Positions 26,567 through 35,779 of a DNA stretch of 64,000 bases are shown piece after piece; the stretch's first letter is position 1; each line of letters begins with the position of its first letter. The translations under genes and the position numbers were made by a program. A model generated the notes under the pieces. It searched no databases. It saw only the letters and a list, made by a program, of their open reading frames with translations, and was not told the DNA's origin. Origin of the DNA: Patescibacteria group bacterium. Its GTDB lineage: Bacteria > Patescibacteriota > Microgenomatia > UBA1400 > PJMF01. Location: NCBI GenBank assembly GCA_049322655.1, contig JBMORP010000006.1, forward strand, positions 576,410 to 640,409. Reading direction: 5' to 3'.

Positions 26567-29500
26567 ATGTCTGAAAAATATCAAAATTTAGAGCAGGCTT
26601 TACAAGCCAAAGTCAAAACAGAAAAAGGCAGAGAATTGCTAGTTTCTAAGATTATTGATATTGATCAAATTGCCTTAGCTGTTGAAGAAAAAGCTGGTGC
26701 TAAAAACTTGCGAGTAGTACTTGCAAATATAGAGAAAAATATTTTCTCTGGTGGAGAAGTTTCTGACAAAATTAAAGAACCCAATAAAGCTAAACTTAGA
26801 CAAGGAATTGCTAAGGCTTTAGAAACAGTTTTTAACTCCTTAGAGTTTTTTGAAGAGCAAGTCATCGAAGGTAGTTTAATGGGTGAATTTCCAGAAGGTG
26901 TGAAGGGTAAAAATCCCAGTGCTGAAGATGTGTCCAATGCTGTTGAAGTGATTAGAAATTTAATTATTTCCTATATTGAAGCTATCAAAGAATTTTATCA
27001 ACCAGGAGAATTAACCGCTGAACAACAGCAACTTTTTGGTGTGGCTGAAGAAAATGCTGGAGCAAAAGATCAAGATCCTAAAGACCTGGTTGAGTTTTCT
27101 GGTGAGGTCGCTGAAATAGATAAAAGACTTGTAGAAGAAGATGACTTAAACGGTGACTTTTTCGATCCTAGAGAAGATTATAAAGAAACTGAGATGTCTG
27201 CAATAAAGTTTGTCAGAGATAAAGTTGCTTATTTTGATGTAATTTATGATTTAAGTGCACAGGGGGATCCAGAAAAAAGACTTAAAATAGTAAGTTTAAT
27301 TGATAATTATATAAAACCGGCGAGAGAATTGATTCTAAGGTTAGAAAGAAGAGTTGAAATCATTGAGGAGAAAGAACTAAAAGATTGGAAAGCTTCTATT
27401 CCACAATTTTCAACACTGGAAACCCAACTAAAAGGTTTTGAAGAATCTACTAATGGAATTTCTTTAGATGGTAGTGTCGATGTATCAACAAGCCTATCAA
27501 CATTAAGTAAGACAGCTGAGAAATTATCTGAAGCCATAGAATCTTCTATTTATGCAGCAAAAGGGGAGCTTTTTAGAGGACTTTTTGCTAGATATCATGA
27601 GGTTTTGGGACTTTTACAGGTAGCTCAATACCGATTTTTATTAAAAGATTTGTTGAAAAATATAGCTGATATTGAAGCAATTAGTACTCAAGATTTAAAA
27701 AAGAAAAAAAGCAAAGAAAAATTAGGTTTGTTGGAAAAATTAGATGAAAGTAGACATACAAATGAAGGGGATCTCCTTGGATATTCATTTTTTGCAACAC
27801 AAATATCAGATCTGTATGGAGTTCAGCAAGCCGCTCAAGAAAGAGCTCAAAAAGTTGCAGATGAGATAAGAACAAGATTTGATCGGGCTCACCAAAGACT
27901 AGATGAAGAAAAAGTGACTAGTGTTGTTTTGGAAAAATTTAGAGGAATGAGTCTTCAATCTTTAATAAAAGATTGGCATACGAAAGATATTGCTCCTGAT
28001 GATGAACCAAGAATTGCTTTAGAAATAGCTTTTGCTGAAAAACTAGATGAAATGGAAGTTGGCTTTATTGAACATGCAACGAACAATGGAGATTCTCCTG
28101 CTGAAGCAAAGCAGAGATATGAAAACTTTAAGAAGATGTATGAACAACTATATGGGTTAGTTTTCTTTGGAATAATGAGGGGTGATGCAATGAATTCTTT
28201 GCAAGGCACAGCTAAGCATGAAGAAATTTTAAAATTTGCCAATACCCCTGGAGCTATGGCTACAAATGTGGAGTTCAACAAAAATCCCTTAGTCGGCTCT
28301 GTGGGAGAAACTTTACATCAAGGTGAAATGTATGGGCCCAATATGGGTATTCTCCAGATGATTACTTTTGCTGCTTTTCAAGAAATGAAGGGCTTAAGGT
28401 CTAAATTTTCTAGAAACCAAGGATATACAGCTGGAATGATTGAAGAACTAATTGATACTGTTTGTAATAGAGAAGATGTTGTGATGTGGAATTCATATGA
28501 ACCAAATGCTACAACGGTTTTAGCAGCAGATCACCCAGAAATTGGTGAGCAAGTAAACATTAAATCAGAACTAGCAAAGTATCCTCCAGAAGTTATTGAG
28601 ATGATTAAAATGTTTGCTAAGTGGAAAATTTCAAGAGATGATCTTGGTTCAAAAGCAGCAATTTGGCATTGGGGAAGAAACAAAGGTGCTTTTAAGAAAA
28701 ATGACGGAGTGAGTGACAAACAGGCAGATGGTTGGCTGGCCGCTCAATGTTATCAAGTTGGTAAAAATGGTAAAAAGCAAGGTCATTTGGCAGCGTTAGG
28801 TTTTGTGACTCCAGAAAAAACTGACTTTATGGCAGCCAATCATGAGAATGATGGCAATATTGAGTTGGGAATAGAAAGAGTTGATCAATATTTATTATAT
28901 AGATTCCCACAATTAAGAGGCGTGATGTATCGAGACGCAGCTCCGGGTGGAAGTAGACTGGAAGGCTTACATAAATATACTCCAGAAAACTGGTGGGAAG
29001 ATTTTCCAGGTCTTGAACACTTCTTTAATAAAACAGACACCGTCTTTACCGGTAATGACTATGTAAAATCAAGAGATGCTGTCTTTAAAATTATTGAAAT
29101 GGCTACAGAATCGGTATATATCGAAGTTCCAAACGACACAGAGGACTTAGAAACATTTTTAAATGCAGTAATAACTTCTTTTGATACCCAAATAGGAATG
29201 GCTTTGGCATATATTGGCAAATTTAATGATCATAGTGAAGGTTATTCTTCAAGCTATCCTATAAATGAACTAAATTATGTTCATGAGCTAATTTTAGCTG
29301 CTATGAAATTCTACTTAATGAACATTTTAGTAAGAATTCCAGTTCATATTAAACTTGAGAAACCAATTCCAGATTTAATTTCTAGAGGAAAAAATATTTT
29401 ACCTATTTTAGAAATAGCTGATATGGATTATCACTCAAATTATAGAATTGCTGTGGAAACACTGGTTGATTTGATATCTAGAAACTCTACTTTGGCAACT

Positions 29501-29818
29501 TTTTACCAAAAAGAGTTAACAGGAATTATCAAAAGAACCCCCCTCTCAGGACGTGATGGATTTAATATTGTTAAAAGGTCAGATGGAGTTACTCCATTTT
29601 TAGACCTTGATTTTAGGGCTGTGTATAGGGATGAAAATGTCTTGGCTGGTAAGTATAGAAAGTGGTTAGTGAAAAAGAAAGATGAAGAACTAGTTGCTTC
29701 TGGTCACCATAAAATGAGATGGCAAGAAAGAGACAAACTTAGATTGGGCAAACCAGAAGCTCCGTATCATTTTAAAACTGGGGCATTTTTATCTGCTGAA
29801 AAAGGGCAACTTCATTAA
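26567..29818 (+). CDS. large acidic hypothetical protein (1083 aa), no TM segments
   Basis: Long uninterrupted ORF with AT-rich codon usage typical of the host genome; no recognizable catalytic motif. Confidence 0.45.
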   Translation: MSEKYQNLEQALQAKVKTEKGRELLVSKIIDIDQIALAVEEKAGAKNLRVVLANIEKNIFSGGEVSDKIKEPNKAKLRQGIAKALETVFNSLEFFEEQVIEGSLMGEFPEGVKGKNPSAEDVSNAVEVIRNLIISYIEAIKEFYQPGELTAEQQQLFGVAEENAGAKDQDPKDLVEFSGEVAEIDKRLVEEDDLNGDFFDPREDYKETEMSAIKFVRDKVAYFDVIYDLSAQGDPEKRLKIVSLIDNYIKPARELILRLERRVEIIEEKELKDWKASIPQFSTLETQLKGFEESTNGISLDGSVDVSTSLSTLSKTAEKLSEAIESSIYAAKGELFRGLFARYHEVLGLLQVAQYRFLLKDLLKNIADIEAISTQDLKKKKSKEKLGLLEKLDESRHTNEGDLLGYSFFATQISDLYGVQQAAQERAQKVADEIRTRFDRAHQRLDEEKVTSVVLEKFRGMSLQSLIKDWHTKDIAPDDEPRIALEIAFAEKLDEMEVGFIEHATNNGDSPAEAKQRYENFKKMYEQLYGLVFFGIMRGDAMNSLQGTAKHEEILKFANTPGAMATNVEFNKNPLVGSVGETLHQGEMYGPNMGILQMITFAAFQEMKGLRSKFSRNQGYTAGMIEELIDTVCNREDVVMWNSYEPNATTVLAADHPEIGEQVNIKSELAKYPPEVIEMIKMFAKWKISRDDLGSKAAIWHWGRNKGAFKKNDGVSDKQADGWLAAQCYQVGKNGKKQGHLAALGFVTPEKTDFMAANHENDGNIELGIERVDQYLLYRFPQLRGVMYRDAAPGGSRLEGLHKYTPENWWEDFPGLEHFFNKTDTVFTGNDYVKSRDAVFKIIEMATESVYIEVPNDTEDLETFLNAVITSFDTQIGMALAYIGKFNDHSEGYSSSYPINELNYVHELILAAMKFYLMNILVRIPVHIKLEKPIPDLISRGKNILPILEIADMDYHSNYRIAVETLVDLISRNSTLATFYQKELTGIIKRTPLSGRDGFNIVKRSDGVTPFLDLDFRAVYRDENVLAGKYRKWLVKKKDEELVASGHHKMRWQERDKLRLGKPEAPYHFKTGAFLSAEKGQLH

Positions 29819-29845
29819 TTCTTTATAGAGATTTTTTACTAAATA

Positions 29846-29875
29846 AAAAGCCGAGTTTTTAGCTCGGCTTTCTGT
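29846..29875. terminator. bidirectional intrinsic terminator between convergent genes
   Basis: Hairpin GCCGAG-tttttag-CTCGGC flanked by A-runs and T-runs. Confidence 0.6.
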
Positions 29876-29895
29876 TTTATTTTTTTATTAAAAAA

Positions 29896-31644
29896 CTAGT
29901 GTTTATCATCTTCCCCGTAAGTTTCAGCTCTCATTCTATCTCGTTTTCTCTTTGCCATCTTTTCTTTTTCTTCATAAGAACCTCTTTGGGTGGCGTCTCT
30001 ACCCATCCAATCTTGATCACCAGCTATTCTCTTAAGTCTCTCTGCATCGCTAAAGTGCTGACCACCTCGGTCAACAATTGTTTCAACTCCAGATAGTGCT
30101 GCTGGTGTCTTAGCGCCAACTTTATCTGCCAACCATCCACCCGCTTGAGTTCCTTTGGCCATAGTGTTTCCAGCACCCCTACCAGCACCTTTAAGAATAT
30201 CTCTACCAAGATCCATACCTCTATTTCCAGCTCTCCAGCTTTGCACTGTAGCTCCAAGACCACCACCAATTGCTCCAGCTCCGGCTCCAAATGTAGCCCC
30301 CGCAATTCTAGAACCAATTGGAGCCCCTTCTTTCATCTGATCAACAGCCTTGAATGCCAAGGTTTCCCAAATACCACCATCGATTTTCATGGCCTTTTTC
30401 ATTTCTTTAATCAACTCTGGAATGATTAAAATAATACCAATCCCAACTAAAGTCATCATGACACTACCAGAACCACGACCGATTAAGAATGGAGGCATAA
30501 AACCACCAACACTGAGGTCTCCTTTGGTAAACATTTCATAGAGAATAAGAGAAAAAAGCACCATGGGGAAAGCTAGTAAATTGCCAAAAACAATTTTAAT
30601 CCAGTAGCCAAAGTTGCTTTTTCCTGGCACAGCACCCATCATTAATAAAAGTGGGCTCACGACAATAGCCACAATAATCGTGATATAGATTTTGAGTAAT
30701 TCAAAGAAAAGTTTAAACACACCAATCAAGATAGCAATCGAAACAATTAAGCCCATTGTTAGACCACCTAACCAGCCAAGCACCTCACCAACAGCACTAG
30801 TATCAATACTAGCAGCAAAGGTCTTAACAGCTTCATTCATACTAGAGAAAGCACCATTAGTGTTAACTCCTGTGACGACATCCCAACCAATTTGTAGGAA
30901 AGTCTTGCTAATTAATTCAGTTCCACCTTCAGGGCTAAATAAACCGATCATTAAGTACATTAGTAGATACATTAAATCAATCAAAAAGCCAGCAATAGCA
31001 TAAGAAAAAGTGACAAAAACCAAAGAAATAATAATGCCTGGAATGGCCTGTTGAGCTGTGATCACTGTTTGACCATTTAGTTTTTGGCGGAACATGATCA
31101 TAAAACCAATCATTAAGAAGATCACCACAAAAAAGAAATAGGCAATATTTCTAAAAACTTTCCAGGTTTCTAAAACTGGATCGAGAGAGGAGAATCCCAA
31201 ACCTTGAGCTTGAGCCTGAGGAATGACGTGGGCATCTTCTAATAATTGGGCGACATAAGTTGTTCCAGAAGCTGGAGGAGTGTAAAGCATAGCCAAAGCT
31301 TGAGTGGTATCACCAATTACTCCTCGGCCATAATGCTCATAAACAATGGCTTTTTCTTCATCAGACATGTTTTGGACAGCGACACTGTCAGCGGGAACGC
31401 CATTAAGTTTTAAAAACCAGTCAGCTTCACCCACTTTAGAAACCGAAGGAACTAAGGAATGCAAAGACATCTTGCCTTTGTCAGCTTCTATTTGACCTGT
31501 TAGGGTTTCCTCGACATTTTTATCAACACCAAAAGTTTCTCTAAACCAATCAAACAAGCCAGCGGCCTGAATTGGTTTGGCCATAGTAAACGAACCTATT
31601 AGCAAAAAAAAGAAGAAAATAGCAATCCGAGTGAGCTGCTTCAT
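29896..31644 (-). CDS. polytopic membrane protein, VirB6/TrbL-like (putative T4SS channel component)
   Basis: Signal peptide, a ~150-aa periplasmic domain, at least 6 TM helices and a Gly-rich C-terminal tail (GATFGAGAGAIGGGLG), the architecture typical of TrbL/VirB6. Confidence 0.45.
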   Translation of the reverse strand: MKQLTRIAIFFFFLLIGSFTMAKPIQAAGLFDWFRETFGVDKNVEETLTGQIEADKGKMSLHSLVPSVSKVGEADWFLKLNGVPADSVAVQNMSDEEKAIVYEHYGRGVIGDTTQALAMLYTPPASGTTYVAQLLEDAHVIPQAQAQGLGFSSLDPVLETWKVFRNIAYFFFVVIFLMIGFMIMFRQKLNGQTVITAQQAIPGIIISLVFVTFSYAIAGFLIDLMYLLMYLMIGLFSPEGGTELISKTFLQIGWDVVTGVNTNGAFSSMNEAVKTFAASIDTSAVGEVLGWLGGLTMGLIVSIAILIGVFKLFFELLKIYITIIVAIVVSPLLLMMGAVPGKSNFGYWIKIVFGNLLAFPMVLFSLILYEMFTKGDLSVGGFMPPFLIGRGSGSVMMTLVGIGIILIIPELIKEMKKAMKIDGGIWETLAFKAVDQMKEGAPIGSRIAGATFGAGAGAIGGGLGATVQSWRAGNRGMDLGRDILKGAGRGAGNTMAKGTQAGGWLADKVGAKTPAALSGVETIVDRGGQHFSDAERLKRIAGDQDWMGRDATQRGSYEEKEKMAKRKRDRMRAETYGEDDKH

Positions 31645-31722
31645 TGCTTAAATATTGTACGTCAAGAAATAGAAAAGCAAAACCCCAAAAACTCCTTTTG
31701 AATACTACAAAAGTAATCAAAA

Positions 31723-32598
31723 GTGTACTATACTACTCATATCATAATGATAGCGCTAGAACAAGTTAATTCTCTCAAAGAATATTTTCAGTCGGCTGAA
31801 TCAGTGGCTGTTATTTTGGGTCAAAAACCAACGGTTGACCAGCTCGCTTTAGCTAGTGCTTTATTTATTGGTTGCCAAAATCTTAACAAAGAAGTTGGCC
31901 TATACGCTCCTAAAAAAATTAGCGATGACCATTTCGATGTTTTGGCTAAACTGCAAACTGAATTAGGTAAGCAAAACTTGGTTGTTTCTTTTGATTATAA
32001 TGAACAAGCAGTTGATAAAGTGAGTTACCACATTGGCGAAGAAACTAAAAAATTTCACCTAACCATTAAACCAAAAAAAGGCGCTAAACCTCTTAATCCA
32101 GAATCGGTAGAGTTCTCTTATGCTGGGGCCGATGTTGATTTAATTTTTTTAATTGGTGTTCATGATCTAGAAACTTTGGATCAGTTATATTTTGGTTACG
32201 AATCGCTTTATGAAAATAGTTATGTAGTGACTTTGCATAACTTCAAACCAGAAATTGGAGCCACTCAGTTTGATTTGTCCGGGACAAGCAGTATGAGTGA
32301 AACCATGGTTGATTTACTGCAAAGCTTGGGAGTCGAACTCAATGACACCATTGCTACTTCACTGCTAATGGGGATTGAACAGACAACGAATCATTTGCAG
32401 TCGCTTACGACTAGTGCCGAGACTTTTGAAAAAGTTGCCCAGTTACTAAGAGCTGGTGCCAGAAGAATCAAAAGACAAGAAGCTCCAACTGTTGCTTTGG
32501 AGGTTAAAAAACTTAAACCAGTTAGGAAAAAAAGAGTTACTACGAAGAAAGTGATCTCAACCACTTCTTTATCAACCAAAACCAAAGTTGGTAAGTAA
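31723..32598 (+). CDS. hypothetical protein
   Basis: 291-aa ORF. A weak resemblance to NrnA/DHH N-termini was considered but the DHH motifs are absent. Confidence 0.35.
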   Translation: MYYTTHIIMIALEQVNSLKEYFQSAESVAVILGQKPTVDQLALASALFIGCQNLNKEVGLYAPKKISDDHFDVLAKLQTELGKQNLVVSFDYNEQAVDKVSYHIGEETKKFHLTIKPKKGAKPLNPESVEFSYAGADVDLIFLIGVHDLETLDQLYFGYESLYENSYVVTLHNFKPEIGATQFDLSGTSSMSETMVDLLQSLGVELNDTIATSLLMGIEQTTNHLQSLTTSAETFEKVAQLLRAGARRIKRQEAPTVALEVKKLKPVRKKRVTTKKVISTTSLSTKTKVGK

Positions 32599-32614
32599 AA
32601 GCAATTTATCTAGT

Positions 32615-35236
32615 TTATCTAATATTGCCACAGTCTAAAGTGAAAGTATCCATCGTACAGACACAATAGTTAGCTCCGCCACAGCCTTGAACTTCTTCAT
32701 AACTACCACAGGCTGGTTGAACTAGGTACTCAGTGGGTACACCATAGTTTCTACCTGCCATCATGTAGTAAAGCTGTTCGGTGGATGGAGTAGAGCCGTT
32801 AGCGGCTTTGTATTGTTCTACCAACCAACTTCTTTCAGATAATCTTTTTCTGAGGACATATTCCATTGAAGTCTCAATATCACAAGCAATGTCTGGATTT
32901 TCTCTAGCTTCTTTGATCCACGGGTCACTAGTGTCGTCAGCAATGTAAGCTGCTTGTGGACAGCCCTCTTTATCGATGCATTGAGGAATTAAAACACCAA
33001 CAATTCCAGAAGCTCCACAAGCGTTAGTAACAATTTCACCACAACTCATCTCTGTTTCACCAGCTCTGATTTTTCTCAGCATGGGGCTGGCTTCTATTTG
33101 TAAGAAGCCCCACAGCATTTGGGCATTATTAGGATCATTACCCGCAATACTACAAGTCATCTTCATTAGTTCGTTCATGGTGGGAAGTTTGGTGGTGCGA
33201 CTTTTAATTTCTTCACAAGATTTTTCTTCACCATCATCTGGGTCTGTGTCAACATAGCCCTTGCAACGACCTAAGAAGAGATCTTCAGTCCGTTTACAAC
33301 TACTAATGTATTCATAAGCTTTAGAGCCATAATCTCTCAAATTTTCTTGAATTTTCCTAATCATCCAGCCCAATTCACCACCCAAAATTCTCATTGGTTC
33401 TTCTGGCCACTCAACCACAATTCCAGCCATTTTCTTTTTTTCACACTCGATACAATATTTATCATCTTCTGGACATTTTTCTACACAGCCAGGTGGTTGA
33501 TGATAAATAAATTGAAAAACGTCTGGTTTGGTTTTGAGCAGGGCACTAGTGTTAACAAAAGTTAAGTTTTCAGGAATAATGCCACATTTACCATCAAAAT
33601 CTTCGACACAGTTATTTTCAACGATGGTTTGAAACTGTTCGGTGGTAAACATTTGTTTTAAAACAGCATTAATATAGTTCATATCACTACCATAAGGAGT
33701 AATTAAGTGGGCTCTAATAACAATCGGGTCTCCATCTAAATCTCCATTAACCACTTCATCTTTGACAATAATATTCCAATCAAAAGTGTAGGATGCGTCT
33801 GAAGGGAAAACTTTAGAGAAATAAGGATCTCTGAGTTCTCTTTTATTATCTGGGGTATTGGCATTAGAACCAAGTTCTCTTACTAGTTCATATGAACCTT
33901 CAAACCCCCCGCAATCAAGTCCACTACCATTAATTTGATCAATAAGGGAATTTAAAAGAATTTTTTCTGGGTCAGAGCCAATACATTGGGGTAGAGCACC
34001 ACAATCAATAATTTTTTCTGTGCCAGGAAGACCTTGTTTAACTGCCAAAATATCACCAATATATTTTTTGCGCTGATCTTTCATTTCTTCTAAATGCTTG
34101 GCAATAATATCTGGATCACTCAAAATATAGGAAGTTAATCGAGCGGAATCGGTGAGGTTGGGAAGGGAAAAAATCATGTTTGTGGCAGTAACGGGGACTT
34201 TGAAACCAATTACAATTGGAGCTTCTTTTTTGATTGGCATTCTTTCAAAAGTTCCTCCCCAGACTGGTTCTGGAGTTTGAATTTCTAGAAAGTCAAAAAT
34301 ATCCTCATTACTCTCAAAGAGAGCTGGGTTAACTTCTTCGTTACCCTCCATCACATTTTGTCTGATTGAGACAACTAGAAAAGCCAAGCGGTACAAAGCT
34401 TCAAGATTGAGTGGTGCTAGGTTAATATCTTCAGCAAAGGGTTGAATATTATTTCTAAATTTTGATTCACTGATACCAAACTCTTCTTCTATCTCTGGAG
34501 TCCAAGCATTCATTAACTCTTTACAACTAAAATTTTTGTTTGGATCTTTTTTACTTTTAATATCGAAAATATCTCTGAGCGCTTCAAAAAGAATCCAGCC
34601 ACCATAATCACGGCCAGGAATATCAATTTGGTTGAGTTTACAAGGATTACCTTCTTTAAATTTGTCACAAAAAAGTTTGTTGTAGACTTCATAAAGGTTG
34701 TTGTACTTCACCACACATTGTTGTTCTTTATCTAGGAGTGCTGTTGCTACGCCACCAGAGTTTAGTTCAGCTGGTTGTTTTTTTAGGTTTTGCGCACCGA
34801 AGTAACCTTCGTATGAAGAAATCTTGGTGGTGTCAGAAAAATCTTCATCTCCTTGGAAAAGAGGAATTTTACCTTCGGCAAAATTACCTTCATAAACAGA
34901 GGTTGAAGTCAATCTAACTGGTTTTTCATATTCTTCAAAATATTCTTTAATATCACCGTGAACTTGACCATTAATCCACCATTTTGGTCTGGCACATTGC
35001 ACTTCATAACCCTGGTTGTAAGCCATTTGGTAAGTAATAATGTCTCTAAGCTCTCCAGTATTACCCAGAGAATATTCATCCTCAATCACTAAGGGTAAAT
35101 AGTTATACATTTCTGGGTCACGACGGGTGTAGTTAACGTAGTCATCACTAGAGGCTGCTTGAATTTGAAAAATTCTCCCAGCCAACAAAAAAACAAAAAA
35201 AGACAAAACAAATAGACTACTGAATCTAGTTTTCAC
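32615..35236 (-). CDS. large secreted Cys-rich hypothetical protein (~874 aa), probably translated from a leaderless or short-leader mRNA
   Basis: Start re-assigned to the GTG at 35236, giving a canonical signal peptide (M)KTRFSSLFVLSFFVFLLAGRIFQIQA. A TATAAT -10 box lies only 6 nt upstream. Many Cys pairs. Confidence 0.5.
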   Translation of the reverse strand: MKTRFSSLFVLSFFVFLLAGRIFQIQAASSDDYVNYTRRDPEMYNYLPLVIEDEYSLGNTGELRDIITYQMAYNQGYEVQCARPKWWINGQVHGDIKEYFEEYEKPVRLTSTSVYEGNFAEGKIPLFQGDEDFSDTTKISSYEGYFGAQNLKKQPAELNSGGVATALLDKEQQCVVKYNNLYEVYNKLFCDKFKEGNPCKLNQIDIPGRDYGGWILFEALRDIFDIKSKKDPNKNFSCKELMNAWTPEIEEEFGISESKFRNNIQPFAEDINLAPLNLEALYRLAFLVVSIRQNVMEGNEEVNPALFESNEDIFDFLEIQTPEPVWGGTFERMPIKKEAPIVIGFKVPVTATNMIFSLPNLTDSARLTSYILSDPDIIAKHLEEMKDQRKKYIGDILAVKQGLPGTEKIIDCGALPQCIGSDPEKILLNSLIDQINGSGLDCGGFEGSYELVRELGSNANTPDNKRELRDPYFSKVFPSDASYTFDWNIIVKDEVVNGDLDGDPIVIRAHLITPYGSDMNYINAVLKQMFTTEQFQTIVENNCVEDFDGKCGIIPENLTFVNTSALLKTKPDVFQFIYHQPPGCVEKCPEDDKYCIECEKKKMAGIVVEWPEEPMRILGGELGWMIRKIQENLRDYGSKAYEYISSCKRTEDLFLGRCKGYVDTDPDDGEEKSCEEIKSRTTKLPTMNELMKMTCSIAGNDPNNAQMLWGFLQIEASPMLRKIRAGETEMSCGEIVTNACGASGIVGVLIPQCIDKEGCPQAAYIADDTSDPWIKEARENPDIACDIETSMEYVLRKRLSERSWLVEQYKAANGSTPSTEQLYYMMAGRNYGVPTEYLVQPACGSYEEVQGCGGANYCVCTMDTFTLDCGNIR

Positions 35237-35292
35237 AAGTTTATTATACCTTGAATTAAATGGATGTCCCAAAGCAAAGGTAGTCAAGTTGT

Positions 35293-35345
35293 GGTCAGGT
35301 TGTGGTGAGACACTTACCCACGGGGGAAAGGGGGTGTGGTGTTAT
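35293..35345 (+). repeat. copy 1 of the conserved G-rich intergenic motif (TTGTCAG-N9-TGAGAYRCTYACCCACGGGGKRAAGGGG)
   Basis: GTGGTCAGGTTGTGGTGAGACACTTACCCACGGGGGAAAGGGGGTGTGG. Confidence 0.6.
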
Positions 35346-35352
35346 TGAGTTT

Positions 35353-35775
35353 TTAAAGAATTTTTACCCCAAAGATAATCTCTAGGATTTGGGCTACCCA
35401 ATAAGAAGCAAACAAAATCAAAAAACCAACAATAGCCATGGTGACTCGTTTTTTACCTTCTTCTAAGCTTTTAGCATTAGTCGCTCCAGCTAGAATTTGT
35501 AACCCACCGGCTACAATCATGACAAATAAAGCTAAACCAGCAATTGGAAAAGCAAAAGTTAGTGCTCGGCTAATGATTCCTCCTGGGGTAGAGAGTTCAG
35601 CTGCATGGGGGGAGTTAGCTACTTTTAGTGGATCAAATGAGTCTAAAACATCAGATGTAACTTCATAAGAGTTTTCTTCAGCTGGTAAATCGGCAGCATT
35701 AACTAGAGTTGGAGAAACTAAACTTAGCCAAACTAGACTGGTTAAAACTAGCATTTGTTTGATTTTATTATTCAT
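35353..35775 (-). CDS. TrbC/VirB2-like pilin-family small membrane protein (paralog 8)
   Basis: Start set to the ATG at 35775 (MNNKIKQMLVLTSLVWLSLVSPTLVNA signal peptide; GGAGG SD 8 nt upstream). C-terminal LAGATNAKSLEEGKKRVTMAIVGFLILFASYWVAQIL matches the family core. Confidence 0.5.
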   Translation of the reverse strand: MNNKIKQMLVLTSLVWLSLVSPTLVNAADLPAEENSYEVTSDVLDSFDPLKVANSPHAAELSTPGGIISRALTFAFPIAGLALFVMIVAGGLQILAGATNAKSLEEGKKRVTMAIVGFLILFASYWVAQILEIIFGVKIL

Positions 35776-35779
35776 GTTT

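Noticed and set aside
31723-32598. NrnA/DHH phosphoesterase assignment for the 291-aa protein
   Set aside because: The ordered DHH and GGGH motifs are absent and only the vague N-terminal hydrophobic pattern is similar; left as hypothetical.
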